The notes beneath the pieces are model-generated. The model saw only the letters and a list, made by a program, of their open reading frames with translations. It had not been told where the DNA came from and searched no databases. The translations under genes and the position numbers were made by a program. 64,000 bases of DNA, from NCBI GenBank assembly GCA_964016885.1, contig CAXHJY010000961.1:119033-183032 (forward strand), given 5' to 3'. The stretch comes from Eledone cirrhosa (lineage: Eukaryota). Below, piece after piece: positions 27,568 to 41,420 of the stretch; position 1 is the first letter of the stretch; each line of letters starts with the position of its first letter.

Positions 27568-27758
27568 ACGAAGGAGTTGTGGTAAGGAACCAGATGGACC
27601 ATAACGCACCAGAGTACTCAATACTTAGGGAAGTAGAGTGGGTAATAGGAAAATGTATGTCCCCGACGGCAGAGCTCAAGCCGTTTCGACGGCTACTTCT
27701 AGTCCAGAAATAGCCGTCAAATGTCTTGAGCTCTGCGGTCGGGGTCATACATTTTCCT
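27567..27758 (-). mobile_element. Hairpin-bearing element, copy 3
   Basis: Full-length reverse-complement homology to 1697-1888. Flanked by (TA)n. Confidence 0.8.
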
Positions 27759-28171
27759 ATATATATATGATATGTAGTCGCTCAATGTAAATGACTATGA
27801 TAATAATCTATCACTATTATTACTTTGCCTTTTTCATCCTTACGGGGTCGATAAAATAAAGTACCAGTAATGTACTGGTATTTGCTGGCCTTGTGCCAAA
27901 AGTAGAAACAATTATTAGTACTTAAGATAATCGAGTAAGGAATGTCTAGAACCAGAAAAACGTGGACAGAGGCGTCTTATATATATATATGTGTGTGTGT
28001 GTGTGTACACTTATAGAGAGAGAGAGGGGGAAGGGAGAGAATGGGAGTAAATTAATGGTGTATGTACATATGTTTAGTCTCATATTTGACAGCAAATGTA
28101 AAAGTATGTGGTTAAGAAAAACATATGCCCTCAGTTTACCTTAAATCTCCGATTCTCCGAAACACACACAC

Positions 28172-28238
<67 letters not shown>

Positions 28239-28351
28239 TAGATACATCAATATACATGTATATATGTATATATATACATCAATATACATGTATATATATA
28301 TATATATACATGTATATTGATGTATATATATATATATATATATACATCAAT

Positions 28352-28397
<46 letters not shown>

Positions 28398-28472
28398 ATA
28401 TACATGTATATATATATACATATATACACATCAATATACATGTATATATATATATATATACATCAATATACA

Positions 28473-28526
<54 letters not shown>

Positions 28527-28537
28527 CATACATCAAT

Positions 28538-28575
<38 letters not shown>

Positions 28576-28646
28576 ATATAAATGTATATATATATATACA
28601 TCAATATTATATATATATATATTATATATACACATCAATATACATC

Positions 28647-28683
<37 letters not shown>

Positions 28684-28743
28684 ATATATATATATATACA
28701 TATCTATATATATATATATATTATATACACACATCAATATACA

Positions 28744-28782
<39 letters not shown>

Positions 28783-28793
28783 CACACATCATT

Positions 28794-28844
<51 letters not shown>

Positions 28845-29159
28845 GACGAAAATAGTACTAGGGAGCAGACGGTTAAACAAAGTAGGCGAAAGTGAACAAA
28901 GTGAAGGAAAGAAGACACCTGGTAGACAAACCATATACACCAAAACGTAAACAAAGTGTGTACAATGAAAATATTTACACCACATCGAAAGAATAGAAAA
29001 AGCTTTGACGTTTCGGATTAAACACTTTATCGAAATAGAGTAAGGGGGGAAAGGGAATGAAAGAAATTAGAAAAAAAACAAAACATTTGAATAATAACAA
29101 GTTGGTGAACAACAGATGTAGTTCAAACGGCTGCATCTTGTTGAATGCGTATGTGTATG

Positions 29160-29197
<38 letters not shown>

Positions 29198-29217
29198 CAC
29201 ACAGACACCCACACAAA

Positions 29218-29294
<77 letters not shown>

Positions 29295-30150
29295 ACATTC
29301 ATACATAATATATAATTCTTTTTTGAAAGGCGCGGGGGTTTTTACATAAATAACAAGAGAGATGTTTGTTTATCATCTCATAAATGATATCGTTATCATC
29401 ATTAAAGTCGATATCACATAAAAATACTATCACTATCCTCAGCATAACTGTAATCATCAACATCATCATCGTCATCGTCGTCATTAAGAATATCAACTTT
29501 AGCGATAATATCACATAAATGCCAGCGTTATCAGCGCACCTGTCAGTGGGTGTGTGTATCTGAATTCGCAAACTGCTATTAAATTTAGACTATTGGTAGT
29601 TGTGGAGGTATTGATAGTGTTGATGATGGTGGAGATGATGATGATGATAGTGACAGTGCTGCTTGTGGTGTTGTTTTAGTTGTTGTTTAACCCCAAGTCA
29701 ACCATGATCAAACATATTTGTGATTAAATGCATTCGAGCCGTGACGTGATAATCTTTTTTTTCTTTCTATTTTCTTGCTAGAAAGATGAGTCCCGCTAGG
29801 TTGAAATGCCCAAGAAACACTGTATATTAATTGCTACAGCACCCCTTCAACTCCAACCAGGCTGTAGGAATTATTAATTCACTCCACCCGAATATTTCTC
29901 AGATATTCTTCTCACGTAACCCGAAAGGTAAGTGATTTCACGTGAAAGGATTTAAACATAGAACTACTAAGCGTAAAATTTAAACATAATTTGAATTTAA
30001 TATAAGAGTGGTGTGCTGATGCGCCGAGATGCTGTGAAGTAGCTTATAAAACAGTGTGAAGACCCTTAAAAGACGGAAAAAAGCTGATGATATTGGCCGC
30101 TATGAGGAATCAAACCCCATAACTCACCCATACCGACCAGGGCTTTAGAC

Positions 30151-30318
30151 CATAGATTCTCAAACATTTTGGGCCATCGCCCCACTTACGGCCACGTAAT
30201 ATACTATATTATTTACAATTTGCTTGTAGGTAGCTCTCTCTGGAAATAGGGTTGGGAGAGCTGAGCGGATTACGTGGCCGTGAAGGGCGCGTTGACTTAA
30301 AATGTTTGAGAACCTCTG
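30151..30318. mobile_element. hAT-type MITE
   Basis: Terminal inverted repeats CATAGATTCTCAAACATTT / AAATGTTTGAGAACCTCTG. Degenerate 8-bp flanks CTTTAGAC / CTCTATGT. Confidence 0.55.
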
Positions 30319-30335
30319 CTCTATGTTGTAGTATC

Positions 30336-30537
30336 TACGATGGTCTACTGAAAAGTTCATAGGTTAACTATCAAAGTGTGATGGTAGAGTTGTAAAATAT
30401 TGCATTCATTAATTTTAACTCTTCTTATTAATAAGTACATTGTGTCATTCCAGGGACTATGTTGAACAATAAACCTTGTTTGGTCATTCCACGAGAATAT
30501 CTTGGTCAGCCGATGAACTTTTAAGCCCACTATCATA
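30336..30537. mobile_element. Tc1/mariner-type MITE, single-unit copy
   Basis: TA-CGA..CTGAAAAGTTCATAGG left end and CCGATGAACTTTTAAGCC..TCA-TA right end. Homologous to 62436-62926. Confidence 0.7.
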
Positions 30538-30636
30538 TAGCTAGATTGATTTTACTGTAATATAACTTAGAAATCATAAAAACAACGATATTTCTGCAGT
30601 ATAAATCAGTATCCATACCCAAACTCACATCATTGT

Positions 30637-30667
<31 letters not shown>

Positions 30668-30738
30668 TATTTTCCGTTGTGTTGTAATATAAATATTACA
30701 CACAGTAGATTATCAGCTCACGTAGAGTTTGCTCGACG

Positions 30739-30828
<90 letters not shown>

Positions 30829-31000
30829 TGAAGTAAAATTTAAGAGAAAATATCCAAGAGTAAGAGCACTCAGTCCATAGGACGAGTTTAGTATAAATAA
30901 TTACAAGATTAACATAAACAGGTATTCAAGTTTCATTGGGTTCTGTGCCCCAACTCATTCAGAGAAAATAAAACCCAATGTTTTTAATTTTCTTCAGGTA

Positions 31001-31057
<57 letters not shown>

Positions 31058-31238
31058 TTGTGTGTGTGTGCGCGTGTGTGTGTGTATGGAAAAGAAGTTG
31101 ACAATACAATTGTAATGTTTAAGAAAATTTATTATAATTTATAACTTTACCGGTTTCACAAGTTTCTTGATTTTCAAAAGTTAAGAGAGGTGGAGAAATA
31201 TGTTGTTATGCCGACTTGTAACTCGCATCTAACTAATG

Positions 31239-31318
<80 letters not shown>

Positions 31319-31870
31319 TATATGTATGTATGCATGTATGTATCTGTAACATATCTGATATTAAATTACAAATATTAATATCTAGAGTAAAACTGATATC
31401 AGGGAATAAATATTTCTGTCCATACCTCAAGTGATATCACAGAAAATAATTATTAACATCTGTGGCAGGACTGATATCAAATAATATATATTAATACCCA
31501 TAACAAGAGAGATATTAAACAATAAATATTGCCTATATTGCTACAATAAACACGAGTGTTCTTAGCAAAAATAATATTAATACACGTACAAATGAGACAG
31601 CAGCCTTTCTAGCAAACATAGCTTCAGTAATAACTGTGGTGGTTCTACAAAAGAATTTAATATTTGATACTAAACACACAGGAATAATATAAGGACGATA
31701 TCGACGCAATCAGAAACTGGTGCCATGAGCAACAATTTGATATCAGTGCCATCTGTAGTGATATGCTAAGACGAAAATGATATCAGTACAGCCTGCATCA
31801 TAACACATCCACAGCAAAATCTAGTTCACTACAATCAGCTTTGCTATCCAACAAACAATAAAATCCACAA

Positions 31871-31901
<31 letters not shown>

Positions 31902-31904
31902 TTA

Positions 31905-32407
31905 ATAATGATTTCTTTATTAACCACAAGGGTTTACACAAAGTAGACATTAAGGACAGTACAGGACAATACAGGACGGTACAAATGGGCATTTCTGCGT
32001 GTAAAAAAACAAAAAACAGAGGATGTAATAAAAAGAACAATGATAAATTCCCCAATAGGGGGGAGACTTCCGAGGGCCATCATAGAGAAAGCCCATTAAA
32101 AAAAAGCCACGGTGACCCTAACCACCAGGACAAGTGTCCTCTCCCAGTTTTCCACCTTCAATATACTCAGAGTAGGTCCATTCACTCGGGCCATTCTTGC
32201 CGCTCTCACCCATCTTTCAACAAAATGCTGGGAAGAGAGCACTTCCCTCTCTACCCTGATTTTCCTTTTCAAATGAAATTTGAAAAAGTTAATCAGGGCA
32301 TCACCGAAGAGGTAAGTGCTCGTCTTCAGCCCTTTCAGATGCGTCCACCATATTATTTCTTTCGCCATGGCCACCAGACAGATAAAAACTACCTGCCCTT
32401 CCCGGCT
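31905..32407 (-). mobile_element. Second 5'-truncated L1/Tx1-type LINE copy
   Basis: SREGQVVFICLVAMAKEIIWWTHLKGLKTSTYLFGDALINFFKFHLKRKIRVERE and a 3' UTR near-identical to the 24998 copy. (ATT)n tail. Confidence 0.85.
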
Positions 32408-32550
32408 AATGGTTTCTTTATTGGCCACAAGGGCTAACATGAAGAAAAACATTACAGACGGCACAGAACAGTACAGTGCCGTCTGTAATGTTTTTCTTCA
32501 TGTCAGTCCTTGTGGCCAATAAAGAAATCATTATTATTATTATTATTATT

Positions 32551-32745
32551 ATGGCGGTAGATTGGCAGTATCGGTGGAGGGTCGGACGCCATGCTTTCCA
32601 GCATAGTTACGTCCCATTAAGGTCTGAGTTCAAATCCCGCCGAGGTTAACTTTGCCTTTCATCCTTACGGGGTCGATAAAATAATGTACCAGTAATACAC
32701 TGGGTAATTGCTGGCCTTGTGCCAAAAGTAGAAACAATTATTATT
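32551..32745 (+). mobile_element. Full main SINE copy
   Basis: A box, B box GTTCAAATCCC, core, 3' tail and (ATT)n. Confidence 0.9.
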
Positions 32746-33284
32746 ATCATTATTATTATTATTTTGTGGATTTTATTGTTTGTTGTTATAAAAACCACAA
32801 AATAATAATAATAATAATAATAATAATAGTAATAATAATAGTAATAATAATGATAATAATGATAATGATAATGATGTTAATAATGATAAAAAACTAAAAC
32901 GATATCAGTAGGATCTCAAATGGTAGCAGAAGAAAACATAAAAGAAATATCTGTGTAATATCCTCTGACGTCCATAGTAATATTATGATATCGTTGAATA
33001 AATCTGTACTGGTTGGTGGTGCCCATAGTAAACATGGTATTTGTGCAGTGTGTGGGTGTGTGTGGGGAGATATGTGTGTGTAGGGATGTGTGTGTGTAGG
33101 GATGTGTGTGGGGGGGATGTGTGTATGTGTGGGGGGATGTGTTGGGGGCGATGGGTGTGTGGGGGACGCGGGGGGGGGGGATATTGGCGGCAATTAATTA
33201 GGAACGGCAAAAGAAGAAACGAATCTCGATTAAACTGTTAAACAACTAACATAATTGGGAACTATTGTTCTTGATACCCCCCCC

Positions 33285-34105
33285 CCTTCCTCCTCCTCCT
33301 CCTCATCCTTATCATTATCCTCCGCTTTTTCCTCCTCCTTCTCTGTATCATCATCTTCATTGACGTCGTCGTCATCATCGCTGTCATCATCAGCAGCAGC
33401 TGCATCATCATCACCATCATCAACACAACCAGCACCATCGACATCATCATCATCACAACCACCATCATCATCACAACCACCACCACCCTCATCACCCCCA
33501 CTGTCACCACCATCGTCATACCCACCACCACCACCCTCATCATCATCATCAACACCCTCATCATCACCACCACCATCACCCTCATCACCACACAGTCACC
33601 ACCACCACCACCACCATCACCACAGACACCACCACCACCGTCACCATCATCATCATCACCCTCATCACCACCATCACCACCACCATCACTATCATCACCA
33701 CAGTCACAACCACCACGACACCATCACCACCACCAGCACCACCACTCTCATCACCACCACCACCGTGTCACCATCACCACCACAGTCACCATCACCACCA
33801 CATTCACCATCACCACCACCACCACCACCACCATCATCACCACTACCACCACCATCATCGTCACCACCACCATCACCCTCACCACCACCACCATCACCAT
33901 CACCACCATCACCACCACCACCACCACCATCATCACCACTACCACCACCATCATCGTCACCACCACCTTCGCCACCACCACCATCACCCTCACCACCACC
34001 ACCATCACCACCACCACTACTACTACTACATTCACTCACCACCACCACCACCACCACCACCACCACCACCACCGCTATCACCACCACCACCACCACCACC
34101 ACCAT
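33285..34105. repeat. (TCA/CCA)n trinucleotide-derived low-complexity tract
   Basis: Direct reading. Confidence 0.9.
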
Positions 34106-34463
34106 CTTTGTCAGCATTATTAGAATGGCATTAGGTTATTATAGATAATATATTTTTATATAATAAATTCAAGAAACACTCGTATTAATACAATTGTTAG
34201 GAGACGGGGAGGGGTATTAGCATAATTATTAGAACATCAGACAGACAAGGTGCCTTGCGGTATTTACTTATAACGTTTGATATCCCTCCATTCAAATCTT
34301 GCTGACGTTAACTTTATATTTCATCTTTCTAAAATCAATACTATATAATATTGAGGTAAATCTATATGTTCTGTGGCAGATCTATATAAGAAACTCATAT
34401 TGACTTTTGAAGTTGTCTCTTCAATCTTGTAATAATCTACTTTACCGTTCAGAATCGATAAAA

Positions 34464-35135
34464 TATGAGGGTTGGGGGGGTTAACTATAAGGTGACTATA
34501 AAGAAGTGATGCTAGAGCTGTGAAATCTTGTATGGATTGAGAGCTGCATTGTCTTTTTTGTTGTTGTTTTTCTATGGACTATGTTGAAAAATAAACCTTT
34601 ATTTGGTCATGCCATGAGAGTATCTTGGTCAGCCTATGAACTTCTTCAACCTCCACTCGTATAAACAATTATCAATTGTCCATAGTTTTCTCTCAGCTAC
34701 CACTGGGACAAAAGGATGATGTTGTCATCTACCACGTGGTACTTATGAGGCTGTTTATTGATAATATGATATTATGGATTGGCAGTATCGGTAGAGGGCC
34801 GGGACGACATGCTTTCCAGCATAATTATGTCCCTTTACAGACTGAGTTCAAATCCCGCCGAGGCTGACTTTGCCTTTCATCCTTACGGGGTCGATAAAAT
34901 AAAGTACCAGTAATACACTGGGATAATTGCTGGCCTTGTGCCAAAAGTAGAAACAATTATTATAATATTGTAAAATAGTGATGCGAGAGATGTGAAATCT
35001 TGCATGTATTAATTTCAACTCTTATTAAATAACTACATAGTTTCTTTCCAGGGACTATGTTGAAAACTAAACAACATTTGGTCATTCCATGAGAGTATCT
35101 TGCTCAGCCTATGAACCTTTCAACTTGCCCTCGCA
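34464..35135. mobile_element. Two mariner-type MITE copies (34464-34661; partial 34976-35135) with a main SINE (34776-34960, +) between them
   Basis: Shared GTGATGCTAGAGCTGTGAAATCTTG...GGTCATTCCATGAGAGTATCTTG.TCAGCCTATGAAC unit, and the SINE core. Confidence 0.75.
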
Positions 35136-35137
35136 TA

Positions 35138-35230
<93 letters not shown>

Positions 35231-35288
35231 TTATATATGTATATATTTATATATATTTATATAGTTATGTAATTCATACATATATATT

Positions 35289-35350
<62 letters not shown>

Positions 35351-35399
35351 AATATATATATATATTTATATATATATATATATATATATGCAAAAGTTT

Positions 35400-35601
35400 T
35401 ATTTAAAATTGTTGGGTTACAACAAGTAAATATTTTATAACTGATATAAAGCACTCGACAAGTCAAAATTATTTATAAAACTGTTTATATATTGTATTTT
35501 ATCTGAAGAAGGCATGCCATATTTTTAATATGGTATCCCCGAAATATGTATAATGAAATAAATATGGTTTTATAAATATAGTTTCCATTTGTTTAATATC
35601 G
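35400..35601 (+). mobile_element. AT-rich Penelope-like pseudo-LTR fragment with hammerhead-like motif; related pieces at 50275-50350 (+) and 50484-50620 (-)
   Basis: CTGAAGA-A-GGCATGCCATA..TATGGTATCCCC-GAAA-TATG-TA here. The minus-strand copy reads CTGATGA-A-GGCATACCA..TGGTATCCCT-GAAA-TATG-TA. Flanked by (TA)n. Confidence 0.55.
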
Positions 35602-35776
<175 letters not shown>

Positions 35777-35879
35777 ATTTATATATAGGAAAAGAGTCAG
35801 GAGAGGAGCTCCGGCCGTTTCGACAGCTAGATACGACAGCGATATATGCACACAAACGAGGGTGGTCAACCTCTGAACT

Positions 35880-36700
35880 TTTCAGCAGAACGTCGTAAAA
35901 TACCAATCAGGCCCTATAATCGATTTCATTGATTTATCACTTCCTATAACATCACTAACCTTGTGCCGACATTAGAAATCATTAAAATAAATAATAAAGA
36001 AATCATTAATATTGTTATCGTTTGATTAACAATAATCGGTAGAGCGTCAGGCAACATGATTTGTGGCATATAGTTATTTCCCAATGCCTTTAATCCTTAC
36101 GAGGTTGATACAATAAACTACCAGTAACGCACCGGGGTCGATTTAATCGGTTTTCCCCTGCTCCTAAAATTACTGTCCTTTTGCCTATTGGTAGAGGTTT
36201 GGACGCCATGCCTTGCAGCATAGAGTTACGGCCCTTTATGGTCTGAGTTCAAATTCCAGCAAGGTTAACTTTGCCTTTCATCCTTACGGGAATTTATCAA
36301 ATAAAGTACCAGTAATGCACTGGCGTAATTGCTGGCCTTGTATCAAATGTAGAAATAATTATTATCATCAAAGCTATTGGCAGTATCGGTAGAGCATCGA
36401 GTAATATGCTTTATAGCATAGAGTTACAGTCCTTTACGATCTGAGTTCAAATCCTGCCGGGTTAGCTTTGCCTTTCCTCCTTACGGTGTCGATAACATAA
36501 ATTACCAGTAATGCACCGAGGTCAATTTAATCAACTTTCTCCTTCTCCTCCTCCAATTGCTTGCCTTGTGCCTTAATCAGAAACCATCCCGCCGAGGTCA
36601 ACTTTGCCTTTCATCCTTACGGCGTCGATAAAATAAAGTACCAGTAATGTACTGGGTTATTGCTGGCCTTGTGCCTTAATAAGAAACCATTATTATTATC
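35880..36700 (+). mobile_element. Chain of about five main SINE copies/fragments
   Basis: Successive cores at about 36100, 36270, 36470 and 36605, each with a 3' tail. Confidence 0.85.
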
Positions 36701-37029
36701 ATTAAAGCTGTACTAATATAGCCAGCTTAGTTTAAAACAATTAAAACCACCTTATTAACTGCGACATACGTTTTATTCTCATGTGTTATTAATGAACGCT
36801 AATGAGGTGTCAATTTGTTGCGCTTCTCTTTGATGGCTTTCTTCTTCTTCTTGTTGTTGTAGTTATTGATGTTGTTGCTGTAGTTGTTGTTGATAAATTT
36901 GATGTTGTTGCTGTAGTTGTTGTTGATATTGTTGTAGTTGCTGTAGTTATTGTTGATAAATTTGTTGTTGTTGTTGATGTTATAGATTTTGTTGTTATTG
37001 ATGATGATGATGATGAATTTGCTGCTGTT

Positions 37030-37255
37030 GTTGCTGTAGTTTTGTTGTAGTTGATAGATTTGCTGCTGTTGTTACTTTATGAATGGTTGTTGTTGTAGTT
37101 TTGTTGTAGTTGATAGATTTGCTGCTGTTGTTACTTTATTAATGGTTGTTGTTGTAGTTTTGTTGTAGTTGATAGATTTGCTGCTGTTGTTACTTTATTA
37201 ATGGTTGTTGTTGTAGTTTTGTTGTAGTTGATAGATTTGCTGCTGTTGTTGTTGT
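37030..37255. repeat. 59-bp tandem repeat, about 3.5 copies
   Basis: ATGGTTGTTGTTGTAGTTTTGTTGTAGTTGATAGATTTGCTGCTGTTGTTACTTTATTA recurs every 59 bp. Confidence 0.85.
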
Positions 37256-37383
37256 AGACACATTCCTGTGCTGCGGTTGTTGCTGCAGATTTTGTTGATG
37301 ACGAGGGCTCTGCTGCTGCTGCTGCTGTGTTATTGTTGTAGCAGTTGTTGTTGTCATAGTAGTAGCTTATGTTGTTGTTTGTT

Positions 37384-37545
37384 GTCGGACGCCATGCTTT
37401 CCAGCATAGTTACGTCCCTTTACCATCTGAGTTCAAATCCCGCCGAGGTTGACTTTGCCTTTCATCCTTACGGGGTCGATAAAATAAAGTACCAGTAATG
37501 CACTGGTAATTGCTGGCCTTGTGCCTAAAGTAGAAACAGTTATTG
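37384..37545 (+). mobile_element. Main SINE copy lacking the A box
   Basis: B box, core and 3' tail. Confidence 0.85.
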
Positions 37546-37674
37546 TTATGGCTACTGCTGTAGTTATTGTTTTTACTGTTGTCGCCGTTTTGTTATTGTT
37601 GTTGCTGGTGCAGTTGTTGTTACTGTTCTTGCTATTGTCATTGCTTTCGCTTTTAATGTTGGTGATGTTGTTGT

Positions 37675-37752
37675 ATTAGTAGTAGTAGTAGTAGTAGCAG
37701 CAGCGGTAGTAGTAGTAGCAGCAACAGCAGAAGTTGTAGTAGTAGTAGTGGC

Positions 37753-37814
<62 letters not shown>

Positions 37815-37872
37815 CAGCAGCAGCGGTAGTAGTAGTAGCAGCAGCAGCAGAAGTTGTAGTACTAGTAGTGGC

Positions 37873-37922
<50 letters not shown>

Positions 37923-37988
37923 AACTAGTAGTGAAAGTAGTAGTAGTAGTAGTAGTAGTAGTAGCAACAGCAGAAGTTGTAGTACTAC

Positions 37989-38037
<49 letters not shown>

Positions 38038-38101
38038 TGTAGTAGTAGTAGCAGCAGAAGTTGTAGTACTAGTAGTGACAGTAGTAGTAGAAGTAGTAGA
38101 G

Positions 38102-38151
<50 letters not shown>

Positions 38152-38195
38152 GGTGGTGGTGGTGGTGGTAGTATCAGTGGCACTAGTAGTAGTTT
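37675..38195. repeat. (AGT)n/(AGC)n compound microsatellite; similar tract at 51585-51950
   Basis: Direct reading. Confidence 0.95.
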
Positions 38196-38781
38196 TTGTG
38201 ACATTATCGATAAAGAGCGGATGCTTTGGTTAACCAAATATGAATGGGTGAAAAACAAAGAATAAACAAAGAATAAAAAATAAAAAAAACTAGATTAAAT
38301 CGTTGGAAAATTTCTAGAATGTTCTTCGGTAGCTTGAAACCAGCTGGTGGTTTGAACTGAGTTTAAAGAGCAATGTTAGGTTTAAAGTGCAACGGTGCTT
38401 CCCCCCCCCCCCCACACACACACATACACACACATACGGCTACCACTTCCACACACACACCACACATACACATCGCTACCACCACCACACATACACACAT
38501 ACATATACGGCTGTCACCTCCACACACACACATCGCTACCACCACTACACACACATACATACACGGCTACCACCTCCCCGCCTGCACCCTCCACCTCCCA
38601 CCCCTCATCTACCACCCCGTATACACGACTCCACCACATCCATACACACACAAGAGATATTTTTACAATGTGTTATCAGAACCAACGTGAACCTAATGAC
38701 AAGGTCACCAACTTCTCAAGAGAGCAGCACGCTTCTCAATATATTGTAAAGGTCAGATGGATCTTTGCTGTAATCGATAAG

Positions 38782-39385
38782 CTGATAGATACATGGTCGG
38801 TGCCTCTCTGGGTGGAGGAAGATATGATAGATACGAGGTTTGTGCTCCGTGGGTGGAGGAATGTGATAGATACGAATTTGTGCCCCGTGGGGCGGGGGAA
38901 ATGTGATAGATACGGGTTTTGTTCCCCGTGAAGTGGGGTAATGTGATAGATACAGGTTTTGTGCCCCGTTGGGTGGGGTAAAGGTGATAGTTACGAGGTT
39001 TGTGTTGCGTGGGGTGGGGAAATATGATTGACAGGGGTTTGTGCCCCGTGGGGTAGGGGAAATGTGGTAGATACGGGTTTTTGCTCCGTGGGGTGGGAGA
39101 AATGTGATTGATACGAGGTTTGTGCCCCGTGGGGTGGGAGAAAAGTGATAGATACGGGGTTTTGCCCCGGGGGGGGGGGATGTGATAGATAAGAGGTTTG
39201 TGCTCCGTGGGGTAGGGGAAATTTGAATGATATGGCTTTGTGCTCCATGGGGTGGAGGAAATGTGATAGATACAGATTTTGTGCCCCGTGGGGTGGGGGA
39301 AATGTGATAGATACGGAGTTTGTGCTCCGTGGGGTGGGGGAAATGTGATTGATACGAGGTTTTGTGCCCCGTGGGGTGGGGGAAG
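38782..39385. repeat. G-rich minisatellite, ~39-41-bp unit, about 15 diverged copies
   Basis: Consensus GATAGATACGrGGTTTGTGCyCCGTGGGGTGGGGGAAATGT. Confidence 0.9.
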
Positions 39386-39780
39386 TATTGTGTCTGAAAT
39401 ATGTAAACTTTATGAGATTGTCACAATCTGAACATCTTTGCTGGACTGGCTCGCGGCTTAACAACAGAGACTTCCAAATACGGTGATTAATCTACAACAA
39501 AGTCACTGAGATATGTAAGAAAAGGCACATACACACCTACATTTCACACACATATATTTCACAGACACTCATACACATTCTTCACACATATGTACTCACG
39601 CATATACTTTCAGGCATACACAAACGCACACATACACATATAAACACATAAACACAGCCATATTCTGCGCATATATAGGCACATACGCACATCCATAAAG
39701 ATTTGATACAGCATAGCGAGAACACATAATCCTTCTAGATAGCAATGTGTTGTTTTCCGTGAACAAATATTCATGCACGC

Positions 39781-39872
<92 letters not shown>

Positions 39873-40038
39873 GTTTTCACAAGTATGTGTTTATATGTGT
39901 ATATTTGTATGTGTGTTGGTGTATATGTTGTATTTATACGATTATTGCCCTTGACTGACATGTGACGTGAGAAATGTAGATGGGAATTGTTAAATGTTAG
40001 CATAGAAACCACAAGTATATATATATATCGAAAGAGAG

Positions 40039-40074
<36 letters not shown>

Positions 40075-40088
40075 ATATATATATAAAC

Positions 40089-40128
<40 letters not shown>

Positions 40129-40135
40129 ATATATA

Positions 40136-40173
<38 letters not shown>

Positions 40174-40424
40174 AACCACAAGTTTATATATATACGTATA
40201 TATATATATTAACCGCATGTATATCTGCCGCATGTATTTTAATTTTAATATATGTCACTCCACTGTACATCAATATATATATGTATCTGTATGTCTCTTG
40301 CGTTGGCTAGGAGGTCAATTATATGTACAAGCATTGAATAATGCTCCGAAGACTCCAAGCCTAGGTTTCGATGAAACAATTGTAAGTGAATAAATGCTTT
40401 GAACATAGCTTTGATTCTTGTGAA

Positions 40425-40476
<52 letters not shown>

Positions 40477-40482
40477 TAGCGG

Positions 40483-40572
<90 letters not shown>

Positions 40573-40584
40573 CATATATATATT

Positions 40585-40632
<48 letters not shown>

Positions 40633-40644
40633 CATATATATATT

Positions 40645-40711
<67 letters not shown>

Positions 40712-40718
40712 TTGTGAA

Positions 40719-40762
<44 letters not shown>

Positions 40763-40768
40763 TAGCGG

Positions 40769-40804
<36 letters not shown>

Positions 40805-40822
40805 CATATATATATTTACATA

Positions 40823-40896
<74 letters not shown>

Positions 40897-40914
40897 TATG
40901 TAAATATATATATG

Positions 40915-40952
<38 letters not shown>

Positions 40953-40974
40953 TATCTATACATACACTTGTACA

Positions 40975-41018
<44 letters not shown>

Positions 41019-41020
41019 TA

Positions 41021-41420
41021 ATGGCTTAATGGTTAGAGCAGGTTGTGAGTTCAATTCTCTGACTGGGTGATGTGTTGTTTCCTTGAGCAAGACACTTTAT
41101 TTCAGGTTGCTCCAGTTTACTCAGCTGAAAATGAGTACAGCAATAGCTGGAGGTTTAACGCTGCGTTGGACTGGCGTCCTGTCCAGGGGGAAGTCTTGTA
41201 CTCTAAGTCGCTTCATGCCATGAAACCGGGATAAGCACCGGCCAAATGAGCCTTCTGGCTTAAGACAGACTTTAGACTTACGGCCTGCCCGCCCAGCCAG
41301 TGGGATGGCGTCATCGTATGCCTAAAACAGCACGCGCTGTGACCAGTGACACCGAATGGTCCCCGACAGACTAGTCGGTCAAGGTGATCAAGGTGATATA
41401 TACCTAAACCTGGTGGGGGG
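41021..41420 (+). mobile_element. Second SINE family, copy 2 (with V-domain-like segment)
   Basis: TGGCTTAATGG A box, GAGTTCAATTC B box, CCTTGAGCAAGACACTTT core, and CTGCGTTGGACTGGCGTCCTGTCCAGGGG resembling the V-SINE domain. Confidence 0.7.

Noticed and set aside
31330-31800. Loose ~38-bp periodicity of GATATCA/AATATT words
   Set aside because: Too degenerate to define a unit and no open frame. Probably an old minisatellite.
33255-34148. Extensin-like Ser/Pro/His-rich 297-aa ORF
   Set aside because: Trinucleotide low-complexity tract whose composition changes with frame slips. No signal peptide or splice support.
38782-39385. CRISPR-like array
   Set aside because: Units are contiguous diverged repeats without unique spacers, there are no cas genes, and the context is eukaryotic. 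The same applies to 45862-46200 and 54964-55185.
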